Below, in pieces: positions 50,805-63,319 of a stretch of 64,000 nucleotides of DNA. The notes under the pieces were generated by a model. The model was given only the letters and a program-made list of their open reading frames with translations, was not told the DNA's origin and ran no database searches. Within the stretch, counting starts at the first letter, position 1. Each line of letters opens with the position of its first letter. Made by a program: the position numbers and the translations under genes. Source of the stretch: Vicugna vicugna (lineage: Eukaryota). The stretch lies in assembly GCA_013265495.1 (NCBI GenBank), contig MU057651.1, positions 2,706,948-2,770,947 on the forward strand, in the 5' to 3' direction.

Positions 50805-51350
50805 CTATTGCCTCTGGTCAAATTATCTCAAAGCTCAGGCTTAAAGCAGTAAGAATGGCTGACTGAGGGCCTGGAATCCGGGCACAGCTCAGCCGGCTGC
50901 CTCTGGGCCGCGGCGCCGACCCGGGAGGGCTGTGGTTTCACCTGCAGGCCCGACTGGGGAGCTCGGCGTCCGGGGTCCGTCGGCGGCTGCGGGCAGCTCT
51001 CTGCTCCCGCGGGCAGAGGACTGAGGGCCTCAGATCCTCGCTGGCTGTTGGCTGGAGGCTCCCTCCCTCCTGGCCCCGTGGGCCTCCCCACAGAGAAGAT
51101 CCCAGCCTGGCTTCTGGTGGGTGACGAGTCCAGGCGGAAGCCACAGACTTTCTCAAACCCAGTCTCAGACGTGACAAGCGATGCAGACTCTGTCTACCGA
51201 GTGGCTCAGACTGGGGACGTGGCACGTGCAGGTGTGTGTCCTACGTGTGGGAGGAATGGATAAACACCTGGAGGGTGAGACGAAGGGGTGGGAGGCACGC
51301 CAAAGACGGGTCCCTGGGATGGGAGTGGGGGGAGCATGGAGAGCCCCATC
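50805..51350 (-). mobile_element. MaLR LTR (MLT1E/F-like), diverged
   Basis: ggcttaaagcag...ggcacagctcagccggctgcctctgg...ctcgctggctgttggctggaggc. Confidence 0.65.
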
Positions 51351-54300
51351 CCTGTGCAGAACGCGCCTCCATCTGGTCCCCCAAGGTGCTGGAGGGAGGC
51401 TGTGGACTGGTGGCCTCTTCGAGCCAGGCAGACACGAGGGGACCGTCATTTGATCTCCACTAACTGCAGACTGTATTTTGGTTCAAAAAGAGTCCAGGAG
51501 TCCCAGAGAAATGTGGCAGTGGTGCAGAACACACAGTGTCCTCCAATGTCCCTCTGCCCCAGGTAAATACCGTCTTAGTGACCAGGAGTCAAGTGCTGGT
51601 AACACTTTAGGCGTAAAAATGGGACGGAGGGGCTGTCCCTGGGGAAGGACCTGAGGTCCAGCTGGCTCCCAGGTCGGCTGGCAGAGGGCTGGTTCTGGAC
51701 GGGGGTGCGGGCAGCAGTGACCAGCAAAGCCACGGGGATGGGGACAGGACAAGACCCTCCAGAGGTGGGGGGCGGGGGCAGGAATGGAAAGTTCTGGGCG
51801 GGGAGGGATCGGAATTGAGGGTGTGGCATCGGGGACCAATTTCACGTCTTACCACCTCACACCTGCGTCCACATCCACCGTCTGTGGGCTGCTTGGCTCT
51901 TTTTAATCTTATCTTCGGCTGTGCTTACGGGGTGTTCAAGAGAATGCATTTTACCTCCTTGTGACAACCCAAGCGGGAAAAATAACAGTGAAGGCGCAAA
52001 GCACAAGGTGGGCAACGGGGCTTGGGGCGCCGTGGGAGAGAGTGCAGGGGTGGCGCCGCAAAGGTGAGGGTCAAAGATGCCCCAGGGTGAATTCCCGCTG
52101 CCCCCTGCTCTGTACCAGGACTTGGGGGCCAGTGACATCACCGTCCTGGCTCAGTTTGCGCCCAAACCCAGCGCTGCCGGGTGGGCGGAGCCAGCTCACC
52201 CCTGGCCCTCCAGGTACCCAGGTCTGGTCTCTGTCACGAACACCCTGTGTCTTGCACAGGGAGCCCGGGTCTCACATTGCACTCGGGAGGAGACACACGC
52301 ACTGCACACTGCACACACCTTCGGACACAGGGAGCCAGGTGGGAGGGCAGGTGTGGTGCCCGGCGAGGGGCGGAAAGTCGCATCCAGCCACCTACCGCTC
52401 CCCTGTGACCGGTGACTTCAACCTTCTGTAAAAAAAAAAAAATCTAAAACCAAATGACCACCCAGGACTTTTCTGTCCTTAACCTTTGGAAAGACCTGAA
52501 TGAAATCAAGGAAGGCAGAGTGCCTTCCGCCTGGGTGGGCAGGCAATCCCAGCCTTTCCCAGCTTTTGACGCTGCCAAGGATGTCAGGCCGGTCCTGCTA
52601 ACGAGGTGGATAAAATCTCCGAGCCGGACGCATTCGTGTCTGGCGCACACGCAGCCAGGAGAGACGCAGGGAGCAGGAGGAGGGGAGACGTCTGCGGGGG
52701 TCTGACCCTCACGGGGCCTCCTCTCTGCTCCTCCTGTCTTTCCATGCTCTTTCCTGGCGTTTCTTGGTTTGTGTGAGTCGGGGAGAGACGGGGAGAGAGG
52801 AGGGAAGGTGCCTTGTGACCCGGGCAGGACAGAGGACGTCCCGATGACGTGCATCTGCCGAATGAAGGCGTGGACAGAACAGACCCGTGACCCCAGGGGC
52901 ACGAGGTGGCAATAGAGCCTCCAGGTTTCATTCCGTCTATGGCTTGCTCCATTTTTCCGCTCAGCCCTCTTTTTGCAGGTCCCCAAGGGCAGGGTTGGGA
53001 TCTGTTTTTGCACCACTTGCAAAGACCCAGAAGGGAGCTCTGCCTCTGCAGGCGCAGCCTTTGAATGCAGCCGATCTTGTCCAACGGTCTCTCCAGCCGA
53101 CGCCGCACGCTGACACTGCCCCCCCAAACACAGGCAGGCCCGGCGGGGAGCCAGGGTCCCCGGTTTGCGTAAGGTCAGGGGTGGGAAGGTCCTCGGGCCT
53201 GGCTCTCCCATCCAAAGCTCCTGGGCTGTGGCCACTCTCCGCTGTCAAAGGCCACCTTTCCCCACTCAGCCGCTGCCCCCTCTCTGGCTCCCCAGGGAGG
53301 AGGATCCGCGGTGACAACTGTGGCCACGAAAGAGGTCGCTGAAAGCTCACGGCCTTGGCGTGAGGGGCTTAAAGAGCCTCGGCTACATCTTTCTGCCCTA
53401 ATCTGTCTAAGCCCCAATTTCTGAACACCCTGTACAACTCATTTGCATCCGGACGCCTCTCCAACGTCAAGATGATCAAACATCATTTAAGGATGGAAGG
53501 GACGTCTTTGTGAAAAAAAAAAAAGAGAAAGAGAATGAATTGAGATGATTTTGCCCAGAGAAAGTTGACAAAGGATTCAAAGATCATCTTCTTTACCCAG
53601 AAGCTGGCAGCCAGCTGGCCGTCACTTGCAAAGAAAATTAAAAAGAAAAAAAAGAAAGATCACGTGGTCCGATGGTGGGAAAGTGTGAACTTCCCAACCA
53701 GACGGCTGCCTGTCTCGCGTGGGTGCCCGCGGCTCCCTGGGCTGAATGCGGGGGGACACAAGGCTGTCGGGAAGGCCAGCCCGGGACGGCACCCGCTTTT
53801 TCAGGAAGCGCCCCTGCAGGGCCGAGGCTCCCTGAAGGAGGTGAGGATGCGCACGGGATTGAGCACAGAGGATGCTCTCGGGCACCTGTTACACGCGCAC
53901 CTGCGTGGACAACACTGAGCCGCCTGGAGGCGGGAGGCTGTGTGCACGGCTGGTTAAAGGCCACAAGAAGCAAGGAAGAAGGCCTGATCTCGGACACAGT
54001 GTGACAAGGACCGGAAACAAATGAAGCCTTTATTTCTGGCTACCGTGAGGCTCAAATCAAGCCGTTTCCCCTGCTGCTCCTCCGCCCGCCCTTCTGCAGG
54101 GCAGCGGTTCTGACGCTTGGCCACGGGCCGGATGGTTCAGATTCTGATCTTTCGGTGTCCCCAGCTCTGGGGACAGCTCGCCTTCCCATCCACAGCTGGC
54201 CCGAGGGAGCCCCCCCTGCACTCAGGTGGTTGCCGGGCATATCGAGCTGGTGTGGCATTCTGAGGGTCCTTGTCATCTGGGGAACGTGAGCTCCACCCAC

Positions 54301-54539
54301 ACGACACGGTCCTGGCGGTGATCTAACCAGCGTCTGAATGATGGACGGCTTAAGTCAGTTTTTAACAGGTCGCTGCGTGGCATTCAGTGCAATCGGACAC
54401 ACTGCGTTGCGCGTGTAGGAAGAACACACACACGTACCCCACCCCCCGAGGCAAGACGGAAAGTCTGGAAACGCAGCCCCGACACCAGACACGGGAGGGA
54501 GGGGCCGTGACACACGGGGAGGGAGGGAGAGGCACGTAC

Positions 54540-54707
54540 GTGTGGGTCTCGGGTCGGAGGCCAAGGATGCAGCGCCTGTCCCGGAGCATCCCGGCAGCCC
54601 GGCCTCGGCGGCAGGAGGAGGGTAGGGCGGGGGCGGGGGGAGCTCTAACTGGGGGGGGCCCCGGGCAGCGCCTCTGGGGGGCTTCTGTGGCACCTGCCGG
54701 CCGACAC
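54540..54707 (-). CDS. COBL: COBL symmetric (phase 1-1) 168-nt cassette exon: (G)VGRQVPQKPPRGAARGPPQLELPPPPPYPPPAAEAGLPGCSGTGAASLASDPRPT
   Basis: Junctions are cacgtag|GT GTC GGC CGG CAG GTG...CCC ACA C|gtacgt and the length is divisible by 3. It matches recalled mouse Cobl VGRQVPQKPPRGTARGPPQLVLPPPPPYPPP. Confidence 0.9.
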
Positions 54708-54865
54708 CTACGTGGAATCAACAGGGTCACTTCAGAAGGGAAGCCCGGGACTCCCCGCCCCACGACCCACCGCAGGCTCGTGGCCATCCCTCACCCACGC
54801 CGCGAGCGCCGCCCGGCTTCGGACGCACACGGCCCGGCACCTGATGCAGCCACAGCGTGGACCCC

Positions 54866-55415
54866 ATCCAGCCTCACTCAGCACCAAACCCAGCCGCACC
54901 TGGAACAACGTTCAGCCGCACCTGGAACCACATCCAGCCTCACCTGGAACCGCATCCAACCTCATGGCACCAAACCCAGCCTCACCTGGAACCACATCCA
55001 GCCTCACCTGGAACCACATCCAGCCTCAGCCAGAACCAAATCCAACCTCATGGCACCAAATCCAACCTCACTCAGCACCAAACCCAGCCTCACCTGGAAC
55101 CACATCCAGCCTCACCTGGAACCACATTCAACCTCACCTGGAACCACATCCAGCCTCACCTGGAACCACATTCAACCTCACCTGGAACCACATTCAACCT
55201 CACCGGGAACCACATCCAGCCTCACCTGGAACCACATCCAGCCTCATCCAGAACCAAATCCAACCTCATGGCACCAAAACGAACCTCACCCAGAACCAAA
55301 CTCACCCTCACCCAGCACCAAATCCAACCTCGGCCAGAACCAAAGGCAACCTCACTCATCAGCAAAATCAAGCACACCCGGAACCGAGCCCAACCTCACT
55401 CAGCACCATGTCCAA
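54866..55415. repeat. Minisatellite/VNTR, 22-bp unit CCAGCCTCACCTGGAACCACAT with 20-bp and other variants, ~25 copies
   Basis: The tandem units are directly visible. Confidence 0.95.
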
Positions 55416-58297
55416 CTTCCTTCCTGCTTTAAGGTTTTCTATACGTAGTGTCCCATCCTGGGGCCATCCTGAGAATGACTGCCCGCTTGGCGTTCGCTTC
55501 TGGGAGGCACAACTATTTTTAAACGCTGGTCCTCAAATGATTATTAAAAGCTCCCTGAACAGCTCTGTCAGTTAAAAGGAAGTCCCTTTTTTCATGTTGG
55601 TCTTTTTCATGTTCATGGGTTTCTTTTCAGATTATTCTTGCTTAGACCTATGACCTCGTGTGACCCCAATAAACACTAATTTACAGCATCAGCTTCTTTC
55701 ATTGTTTTGGGTAACAGTTTTCAAACTGCTTTGAGCTGGAGAGTTAAGGGTGGTGCCCCCCAACCCCAGCCTGCCTCTCAGACCACCAGGGCGGCCCTCT
55801 GTGATCTGTTTACACGCTGGGGGTCCATTTACAATTGTATTCGCAGAGCAAATGATGTGAATTACAAGGGTGATACGCTGTGCTATTATTTCTCGTAAAA
55901 ATACTTTCTTGCAGCTCTAATGTCTAGAATCTTCTAGGAACGAATGGATTCCATGTTTCATGCTTTTCATCAGGTCATTAATAAAAATACTAAGAGACAT
56001 CATTTGTCCATCAAGAGATAGATCCATGCCTTCCTTCTCCTGGTCACAGTTCTTTTGACATGGAAAAATATTAATGTCTCCATCTTTACGTGTTGTTTCC
56101 TCCGTCAAGGGGAAATCAGCCAAGGATGTCTGATTGGGTGTGACTTGCTTGGCCCAGGTTAGCACCTGACACGAGAGAGCATTTCCAACAGAAGGCAGGG
56201 GAGGGAGAGGCTCTCTGCCAGAAATTTTATTTTTGTTTATCAAGACATCTGGGTCAAGACCCAAATCCAGCCAGCTCCAGTGTAATTTTAGTGCTAATTC
56301 CAAAAAAAATTTTTTTATTAGTATCTCCAGGTGTCTGAATAGAAAAAGGAGCTCAGAAAATATATTTTTGTGTGTGTGTGGTTAGGAGCTACTTTTCTTT
56401 AATTATTATCTTTCGACCTAAAAGCCAAGACTTTGGTTAAAAGCTCTGCCTGTGGTTTTAAATCATGGGGATTTTTGATGGGGATGGAGGTCTGCCTTGC
56501 AATGGCCACCGAGACTCCTGACCTCAAAAACAACTCAATTGAATGGTGCAATTAAAGCAATCCAATAAGGCTTCAAATACACTTTTTCTGCAATATATTA
56601 ATTCCTTTAAAGTCATGTAGTGGCAAGGTGTGGTTTAAAAAAACCACTATTAGCTTTGTCCACGGACGTAAGCTGTCCAGAGTTACCCAAGGTAAGTTTG
56701 ATGTTGAATGAAATTTAAATTTAAAAAACAAATTGTATTTTAAGTGTATTTCTCAAAGCAAAAGGGTCTGCAACTTGAGGGAGCTCTCAAAAACTATTCA
56801 AAGTGATTTTCTGGAGGAAATCAGAAACAGAAATTTATGGACTAGAGACGGACCCGTGGAGGGTTCCTCCCACCTACAGCTTCTCTCAGTCGCATGTTCC
56901 TTAGGGAGAGAATTGCCCTTACAGTTTCAATTTTTCAGGTTTAAATCGCCTCCCTCCCTTCTCCTGCGACCCCCGTGAGCACCAGCTGCCCCACACCCAG
57001 GCCAGGCCCTCCCAGCACGTCGCACACACACACTCGGTCCTTCAAGGCTGAATCGGGAGGTTCTTGCTGGGATTGAGATGGGCTGTCCGGCCCGGAGGTG
57101 GTCAGGACTCAACCACGTCCACACTTAACCGCTTAACAGGGGTGCGTCTTACAGTTTGCACGAGGAACTCGAAATCTGAGGGTCGTCAGCCGTTCACGGA
57201 AAGAGTGGGGAGACAGCTTGCAAGACAGAATGGGGGAATCGTCGCGAAAAATGATAAAAGGACAACCAGGTTTACTTTCATGAGCTACTGGTCCCGTCTC
57301 CTTCAAATCGGATGGTTTGGGAAGGAGTTTGCAACTGACGTGAAATTTAGACCACAGCTCCTTAGAAAAAATCGGTCCCCGGACTGCGAAATGCTAAGAC
57401 ATTAAAAGCGAGGTCCTGACCAGTGGAAAAATGCTTCAAACAGCCCAGGGGCTCTGATGAGAGTTTTAGACCCTATTACTGCAACCAGTCATCCTTGGGG
57501 GCTGCAGCCATCAGGTCAGAGGCTGCCCGGGAGGCTGACTGGCCCTGGCCGTGGCCTTGAAGGGCTCCCGTGATGGCGACGCCTGTGCACGTACGTCAGG
57601 GGTATGTCTCGGGCAACCTCTGCTCGTCAAGGGTGGCTTCTGTCCCTACATAAGTGAACTCGCGAACACTGATTTTCCAATAAAAGCGGCCACCTCCGGC
57701 TCGGGGACCTCCAGCACTTCTGTCTCCTTCCCCTGCAGCGCGAGGGGCCGGGGTTGCGCGATCGCACAGGTCTCTGCTCACAGACACAGGCTGATGGCGC
57801 CCTCTTTAATGCGGGTTCTCTTTTTCTCAAGGAATATCTTCTATTAAAAGCTATCCAAGTGGAGATCAGTTCTGAACAGGGAGCTCAAAAAATGACAGCA
57901 GCCTTGCCACCACCTGATCCATAAATCCCTGGGGTCTGGGTGTTTTCACTCCAGTATCCACAGGCAACCTCCTGGAACCCACCTTCTCCCATTCGGGGGA
58001 CACCCGCCTGCCACACATCCACGAGCACTGGCTCTCCATCACTCGCGCTCTCCGACGCCTTGACGTCCCCTCCTCGCCGTCCCCACCAGCCCGCCTTCTA
58101 AACGCCCACCTCACGCCTGGAGCGTGTGCCTGCAGGATGCTCCGGGACTCCCAACGGTTCATTTCCAGACTTTCTTTCGCCTAAATATTTCCCGGGTTAA
58201 TGGCATGGCAGAGGAGGCCACCGCGGGGGTGAGTAGCCGTGCAGCGATGCCAGGCCACAGCGAGCACCCGGGGCGTGCGTGCTGCACGCTCACTCAC

Positions 58298-58436
58298 CCG
58301 TCCTGCCCTTCCGGCCCTCCTCCCTGTCCTCCGTGCGCGCGGGCACCAGCGGGCTGGGCGGTGGGGGCTGCGGTGGAGGGGGGGCCGGCGCCCGCCTCTT
58401 CTTCTTCTGAAAGTCAGCCTGGGACCCCAGAGACAC
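58298..58436 (-). CDS. COBL: COBL coding exon (139 nt, phase 0 to 1): [46 protein letters not shown]; contains a KRRAPxPP (KRAP, syndapin SH3-binding) motif
   Basis: The minus strand reads gcag|GTG TCT CTG GGG TCC CAG...ACG G|gtgagt. The translation matches recalled mammalian [26 protein letters not shown]. The polypyrimidine tract is hidden by the adjacent N gap. Confidence 0.95.
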
Positions 58437-58441
58437 CTGCG

Positions 58442-58519
58442 NNNNNNNNNNNNNNNNNNNNNNNNNNNNNNNNNNNNNNNNNNNNNNNNNNNNNNNNNNN
58501 NNNNNNNNNNNNNNNNNNN
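58442..58519. other. Assembly gap (78 N)
   Basis: Run of N flanked by G-rich sequence. Confidence 1.
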
Positions 58520-59554
58520 GGGCGGTGGGGGTGGTGGAGTGAGGGCTTGTAAAGTGCCCAGCAGTGCCCTGAGGTGGTCCAGGATGCTCAGAGGCACCCC
58601 TAAGCCCCCCACGCGGCAGGGGGCTGGGGCTCCGGGCAAATCAGAAGAGCAGGAAGTTTCCCCTCAGTGTAAGTATGAAGCAGGGGTCCCTTAGCCCTGA
58701 CTTAGGTGCAGAAATCTTCCTGCTGGAAGCTTTACCTAGGGCCCAGGAATGTGTGCCCACGCAAAGGACGGACAGACAGGGCAGCTCAGCCATCACCCGT
58801 GGCCTTCCCCTTCTCTCCTGCCTCTGCACGTGCCCAGGCGGCCAGGACTGACAACCATCCACAGGCTGCAGGACATTCGTCAGCAGAAGGGACGTCGCGC
58901 TCCTGCCCGGCGCAGCCACCCAGCTCAGCCATCACCAGCACAGAGCCCCTCAGGGCAGCCAGTCAGCACTGAGCAGGTCCGACGGTGGAGGCTGGAGCCC
59001 CTGACTCCAGGTCTGTGTTTCTGAAAGTCTGTCTCCCCCTCCTCTCCTCCTTCTGACCGTTTTCATCCATCCACACTCAGGGCTGAAGATGCACTCAAAG
59101 GCCACCGTGTTCCGTACAGAGTACGTGCAAGTGATGACAGGGTGCTGGGTTCCTGCCCCGGGGGTGGGGCGGGGCTCTCAGCCAGCCTTGGGCCTCCCTC
59201 TAGTCCGAGCAGGTCCCGATCCTTCAAGAGCTCAACCTGGGAGGGGTGCGGCCAACCCCACCTGCCAGGCTGTCTTAGCGCTCCTGTTGGAGCTCCTTGG
59301 TTTATTCGCTCAGGCACACAGCACGTGCCCTGGCTCTTCCCAGGGACAGTGACCTCATGGGCTGGACCTGGTGTTTCATGTAGGGGTGTGTGTGTGTGGC
59401 ATCTCCTTTTCAAATGCCATCAGTAACACATATCTAATGCAAAAAATTTTTTTTAAATTATCAAAGGAAGGAAAAAAAACCCCTTAATTGACACTCAGAT
59501 TACTAGTAGTTGGCATATATTTTTCTGGCTTTATGTTTTCTTTTGGGATGTCCT

Positions 59555-59666
59555 TTTCTGAAGGGGGGTAATTAGGTTTACTCATTTAATGGAGGGACTG
59601 GGGGCTGAACCCAAGACCTCGTGCATGCTAAGCACGCGCTCTCCCCCTGAGCTGCACCCTCCCCCC
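59555..59666 (-). mobile_element. vic-1-type SINE
   Basis: ggggctgaacccaagacctcgtgcatgctaagcacgcgctct. Confidence 0.9.
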
Positions 59667-60709
59667 ACCCAACATATGTTTCCTTTTAACTGTCATTTTT
59701 AAAAAAAATCTTTCCATCACAACATATTATCACCACCTCTGACACCATTAAAATCCTGTGTTTTATGAAAAACAGGGACATAAGAAAAAGGCAAGCAGTT
59801 CCACCAAGCTCAGAGCCAAACCACTGACTCCCAGTCCACGGCCCCGCTCCGGCAGCAACTAATTGAAACTCTTTTACTTTTGGCTTTTCCTCTATTTTTC
59901 TACGTAATTAAGCTTATTCTGTGACTTCTTGATGTTCCCTTCCTATTCCAGAAGTTCTCTGAGACACATGCACCTTCCCCCCTAAAACTTTTCCTCCCCA
60001 ATTAAAAAAAGATTACAGCCCAAGATTAAATTAACCTTCCCTATTTAGTTATGCATATATAGTTGTAACAGATTTTATTAAGAATGTAAAACAAATTTCC
60101 CGCAAGAGGAATTTTCTCCAGCCGAGATGTATAATGTGCAGTTTGTTACATTTTCTTTCTAGATTGACTTTTTTTTTCCCCCAAACTTGGTAACTGATTT
60201 CTTTTCTCACTGAGTTTCCCGGAAATTCCTTTCCTCCGCCCACATTTTTTTTTCCTTTGTTTCCTGCATCCAGTGCCTTTTTTAAAAAAAAATCACTTCT
60301 TCATTTTAGAGGCTGGCGGGGGGCACAGTCTCCATTAGGTTTCTGAGATGAGATGTGTGTGAAGTCAGTTTTGAAGCCCTGAAAATCGAAAAATGTTTTC
60401 TCTCTTAAATGGGACAATACCCGCGCCCACCTCACGGGGCGCTGTGAGGCATCGCAGGGGGGACGGCAGCATATTAAATAGGGGGCTCAGAAGTGTCCCC
60501 AGCTGCCAGAAGTGCCGTCAGAAAGTGACATCTCGGTGTTTGCCGCATAAAGAGAAAAAAAACCCAGTGACATAAAAGGACACAAAACCTTACAGCTGGG
60601 ACCCATGCTCTAAGTTTTACAGGTGAGCAAACAGAAGGCCCGAAGTTAAGTGATGCTTTCAAGGCCAACTCTGCCTTACTCACCGGGATTTGTGAAACAG
60701 AACGGTAAT

Positions 60710-61010
60710 GAAACTGTGGTTACCAAAGGGGAAGGACAGGGAGGGATAAATTAGGAGTCGGGATAAACAGATACACAGTATTGTACATAAAGCAGATAAA
60801 CAACAAGGACCTACTGTGTAGCACGGGGACCTGCATTCAATACCCTGTAATAACCTATCATGGAAAAGAGTGGGAAAATTCACGTATATATGTACGCAAA
60901 TGTATAACTGAGTACTTTGCCGTGCCCCTGAAACTAACATTGTACACTGACTGCACTTCGGTAAAAAATAAAATTAAAATAAATAAATATCAGGTCCTAA
61001 AAAAAAAAAG
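60710..61010 (+). mobile_element. L1 3'-end fragment
   Basis: tggttaccaaaggggaagg...agataaacaacaaggacctactgtgtagcac...poly(A). Confidence 0.9.
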
Positions 61011-61354
61011 AACCTGAGGGACCATTTCGCTTCTTGAAAACAAAATAAAAAGATCTTGGGCTAACAATTCCTAGGCATGATCTTAGTTTGTTTAAAGCAT
61101 CCAAACCAGCCCCTGGGTGGGGGTGGGGGCTTCGTTGGTTTCATCACACAAGAAAGGGAAGTGAGGCAGTGAGCCAGGGCTGGCTGCTGGCTGACACTCG
61201 GCTGCACCACCACTGCACCGCCGCTTACAAAAGGGGAGCGCGGGGGGCCGCGATCTCCCACACAGCCCTCCACCCCGAAACGAGCCCTGCTCTGCTTGCC
61301 ATCTGCGAACACCTTCCGTCCCACTCAGAGTAAAATCCGTGTCCGGGCTGAAAT

Positions 61355-62500
61355 AAACATGGGGAGGGGGCAGGTACCTCTCCAAGGTCCTGATTCCCTT
61401 TCCTACGGGAACACGCCTAGAAACGGGACGGCTGGATCCCACGGCGGTTCTAGTTTTAGATTTCTGAGGACCCTCCATACTGTCCTCTACAGTGGCTGCG
61501 CCAATTTACTTGCCACTCCCAGTGTAGGAGGGTTCCCTTTTCTCCACACCCTCTCCAGCACGTGTTACCCTGTGTCTTCTGGATGACAGTCATTCTAGCC
61601 GGCGTGAGAGACCGTGCACTGCGGTTCGATTCGCATTTCCCTGATGAATAGTGACTTTGAGCATCTTTTCACATATCTGTTGGCTATCTGGACGGCATTG
61701 ATAGCAGCATGGATGGACCCTGAGAGCATTATGCTAAGTAAGGTAAGTCACAGGGTATGGGGGGTCTAAAAACGCCAAAATTGTAAAAACAGAAAAATGG
61801 TGCTTACTAGGGGCTGGGAGGTGAGGGAACAGGAGAGAGGGAGTTTAAGGGAACAAACTTGCAGAGCAGAGACGGATAAGTCCTGGAGATCAAATACACA
61901 ATATAGTGACCAAAGACCGCAGTACAGAGGATCATGCTGTGTGAGGTCTGCTTACTGACCACTTTGACTCAGCAATCAACCTGTCCAGTACCTTCTGCAT
62001 TCTGGATTTTAAATGTTTTTTTTTTTAAATTAGGCATGCTGTCAATTACCACGGTACGAGTGGAAATTAAAGTTTCTGTAGCATTTATATGTTTTCTTCC
62101 AATAAATCTCTCCTGTAAATCAAAAAATATATGTAAGTACAGTTATCACCATCAAACTTGCTAAGAGGCTAGATCTGGATTATTCTCAATGGAAAAATAG
62201 AAATGCTAATTATGGGATGGGACAGAGGTGTTGACTACAGCTACAAGGGCAATTGGATTACAGTGTATAAACGTATCACATCAAGGTGGGGTACATCTTA
62301 AGGTCGCACAATGTTATATATCAGATGTATTTCAAATCACAATGTATAAATGTATCAAAGCAACACATGGTACCATCTTAAATACACACAATGTTATGTC
62401 AGATGTCTTTCAAATCACAGTGTATAAACATATCAGATCAAGGCGTGGTACCATCTTAAATATGCACAATGTTACATGCCAAATATATCTCAATTAAAAC
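61355..62500. mobile_element. L1 with inverted 5' part (minus 61355-61690; plus 61695-62500, interrupted ~61935-62145) and a triplicated 3' terminus
   Basis: Antisense ORF2-end text abuts directly onto sense 3'UTR text (gcagcatggatggaccctgagagcattatgctaagt). Confidence 0.75.
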
Positions 62501-63319
62501 AAAACCAAAATCCTCTGGCAGAAGCAGCGACCTAACAGGATGGGGGCTGAGAGTCAGCTGAGAAACTCTGCCGTGAAGCAGACCTGTGGATCTGCAGTGA
62601 GTCCGTGGGGACCAGGGTTTGCACGCTGGCCACGGCCAGCCGGTGCCTTCAGGGAGGGAAGGAGAGGAGGCAGCTGAGGAGAAAGCGGAGTTCCAGGTCC
62701 CGGGCGGTGGGTCAAAGAGCAGGCGAGGAAGGAAGTCCCTGGGGTGGGCCGTGGCTTGCCCCCAGGACGTGTTTCTTTTGGGATTTGCCTGTCTCTGTTT
62801 GTGTCCTTACTGATTCAGCCTCGCCGTGTGCAAGGATGCTTCCAGAGCACCCACGGGACACAGGCCCCCGATCTGATCCGCCCTCTGGGTGGGGGGGGGC
62901 GGATCTAGAACACCTGGTCCCCACATCCCTCCCCAGGTAAGAGAGCCCCTGGGGAAACAGTGCTCAGGGACTGCTACTAACAGGTGGCTTTCCTTCTGGG
63001 AATTTGGGGAAGGATTCAAGGAGATGGTCACACCACATCCTGATTTTACAGGAAGACTCTGGGACCCCCCAGCTCCCTGCAGGGGTCTCTGAATCCATCC
63101 ACTCTGATCACCGATGACACATAAATCGCAGGGACTCTGAATTACAGCTTCTCCTGCATAATCTTAATTTCAAAAGTTAATCTCGCCGTCAGAGGACATG
63201 CCACCACTTAATTTTGATCACAATCAACAGAGTGGCATTCATCCTGTGACAGTCAACACCACACTTAGTGACAGAACTAGCCCAGCTGGGTGTCATCCGA
63301 GCAGACAGACGGAGCAAAT

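Noticed and set aside
54866..55415. CRISPR-like array
   Set aside because: The units are contiguous with no unique spacers, no cas genes are present, and the context is mammalian.
54387..55575. Long plus-strand ORFs (353, 287 and 191 aa) in three frames
   Set aside because: They are an artefact of a 22-bp repeat lacking stop codons on that strand. All frames are open, and they overlap a COBL exon antisense.
533..59666. tRNA genes (A-box/B-box-like agctcagtggtagag / gggttcaatcccc)
   Set aside because: These are about twelve diverged copies with SINE tails and at least one apparent target-site duplication, so they are tRNA-derived SINEs rather than tRNAs.
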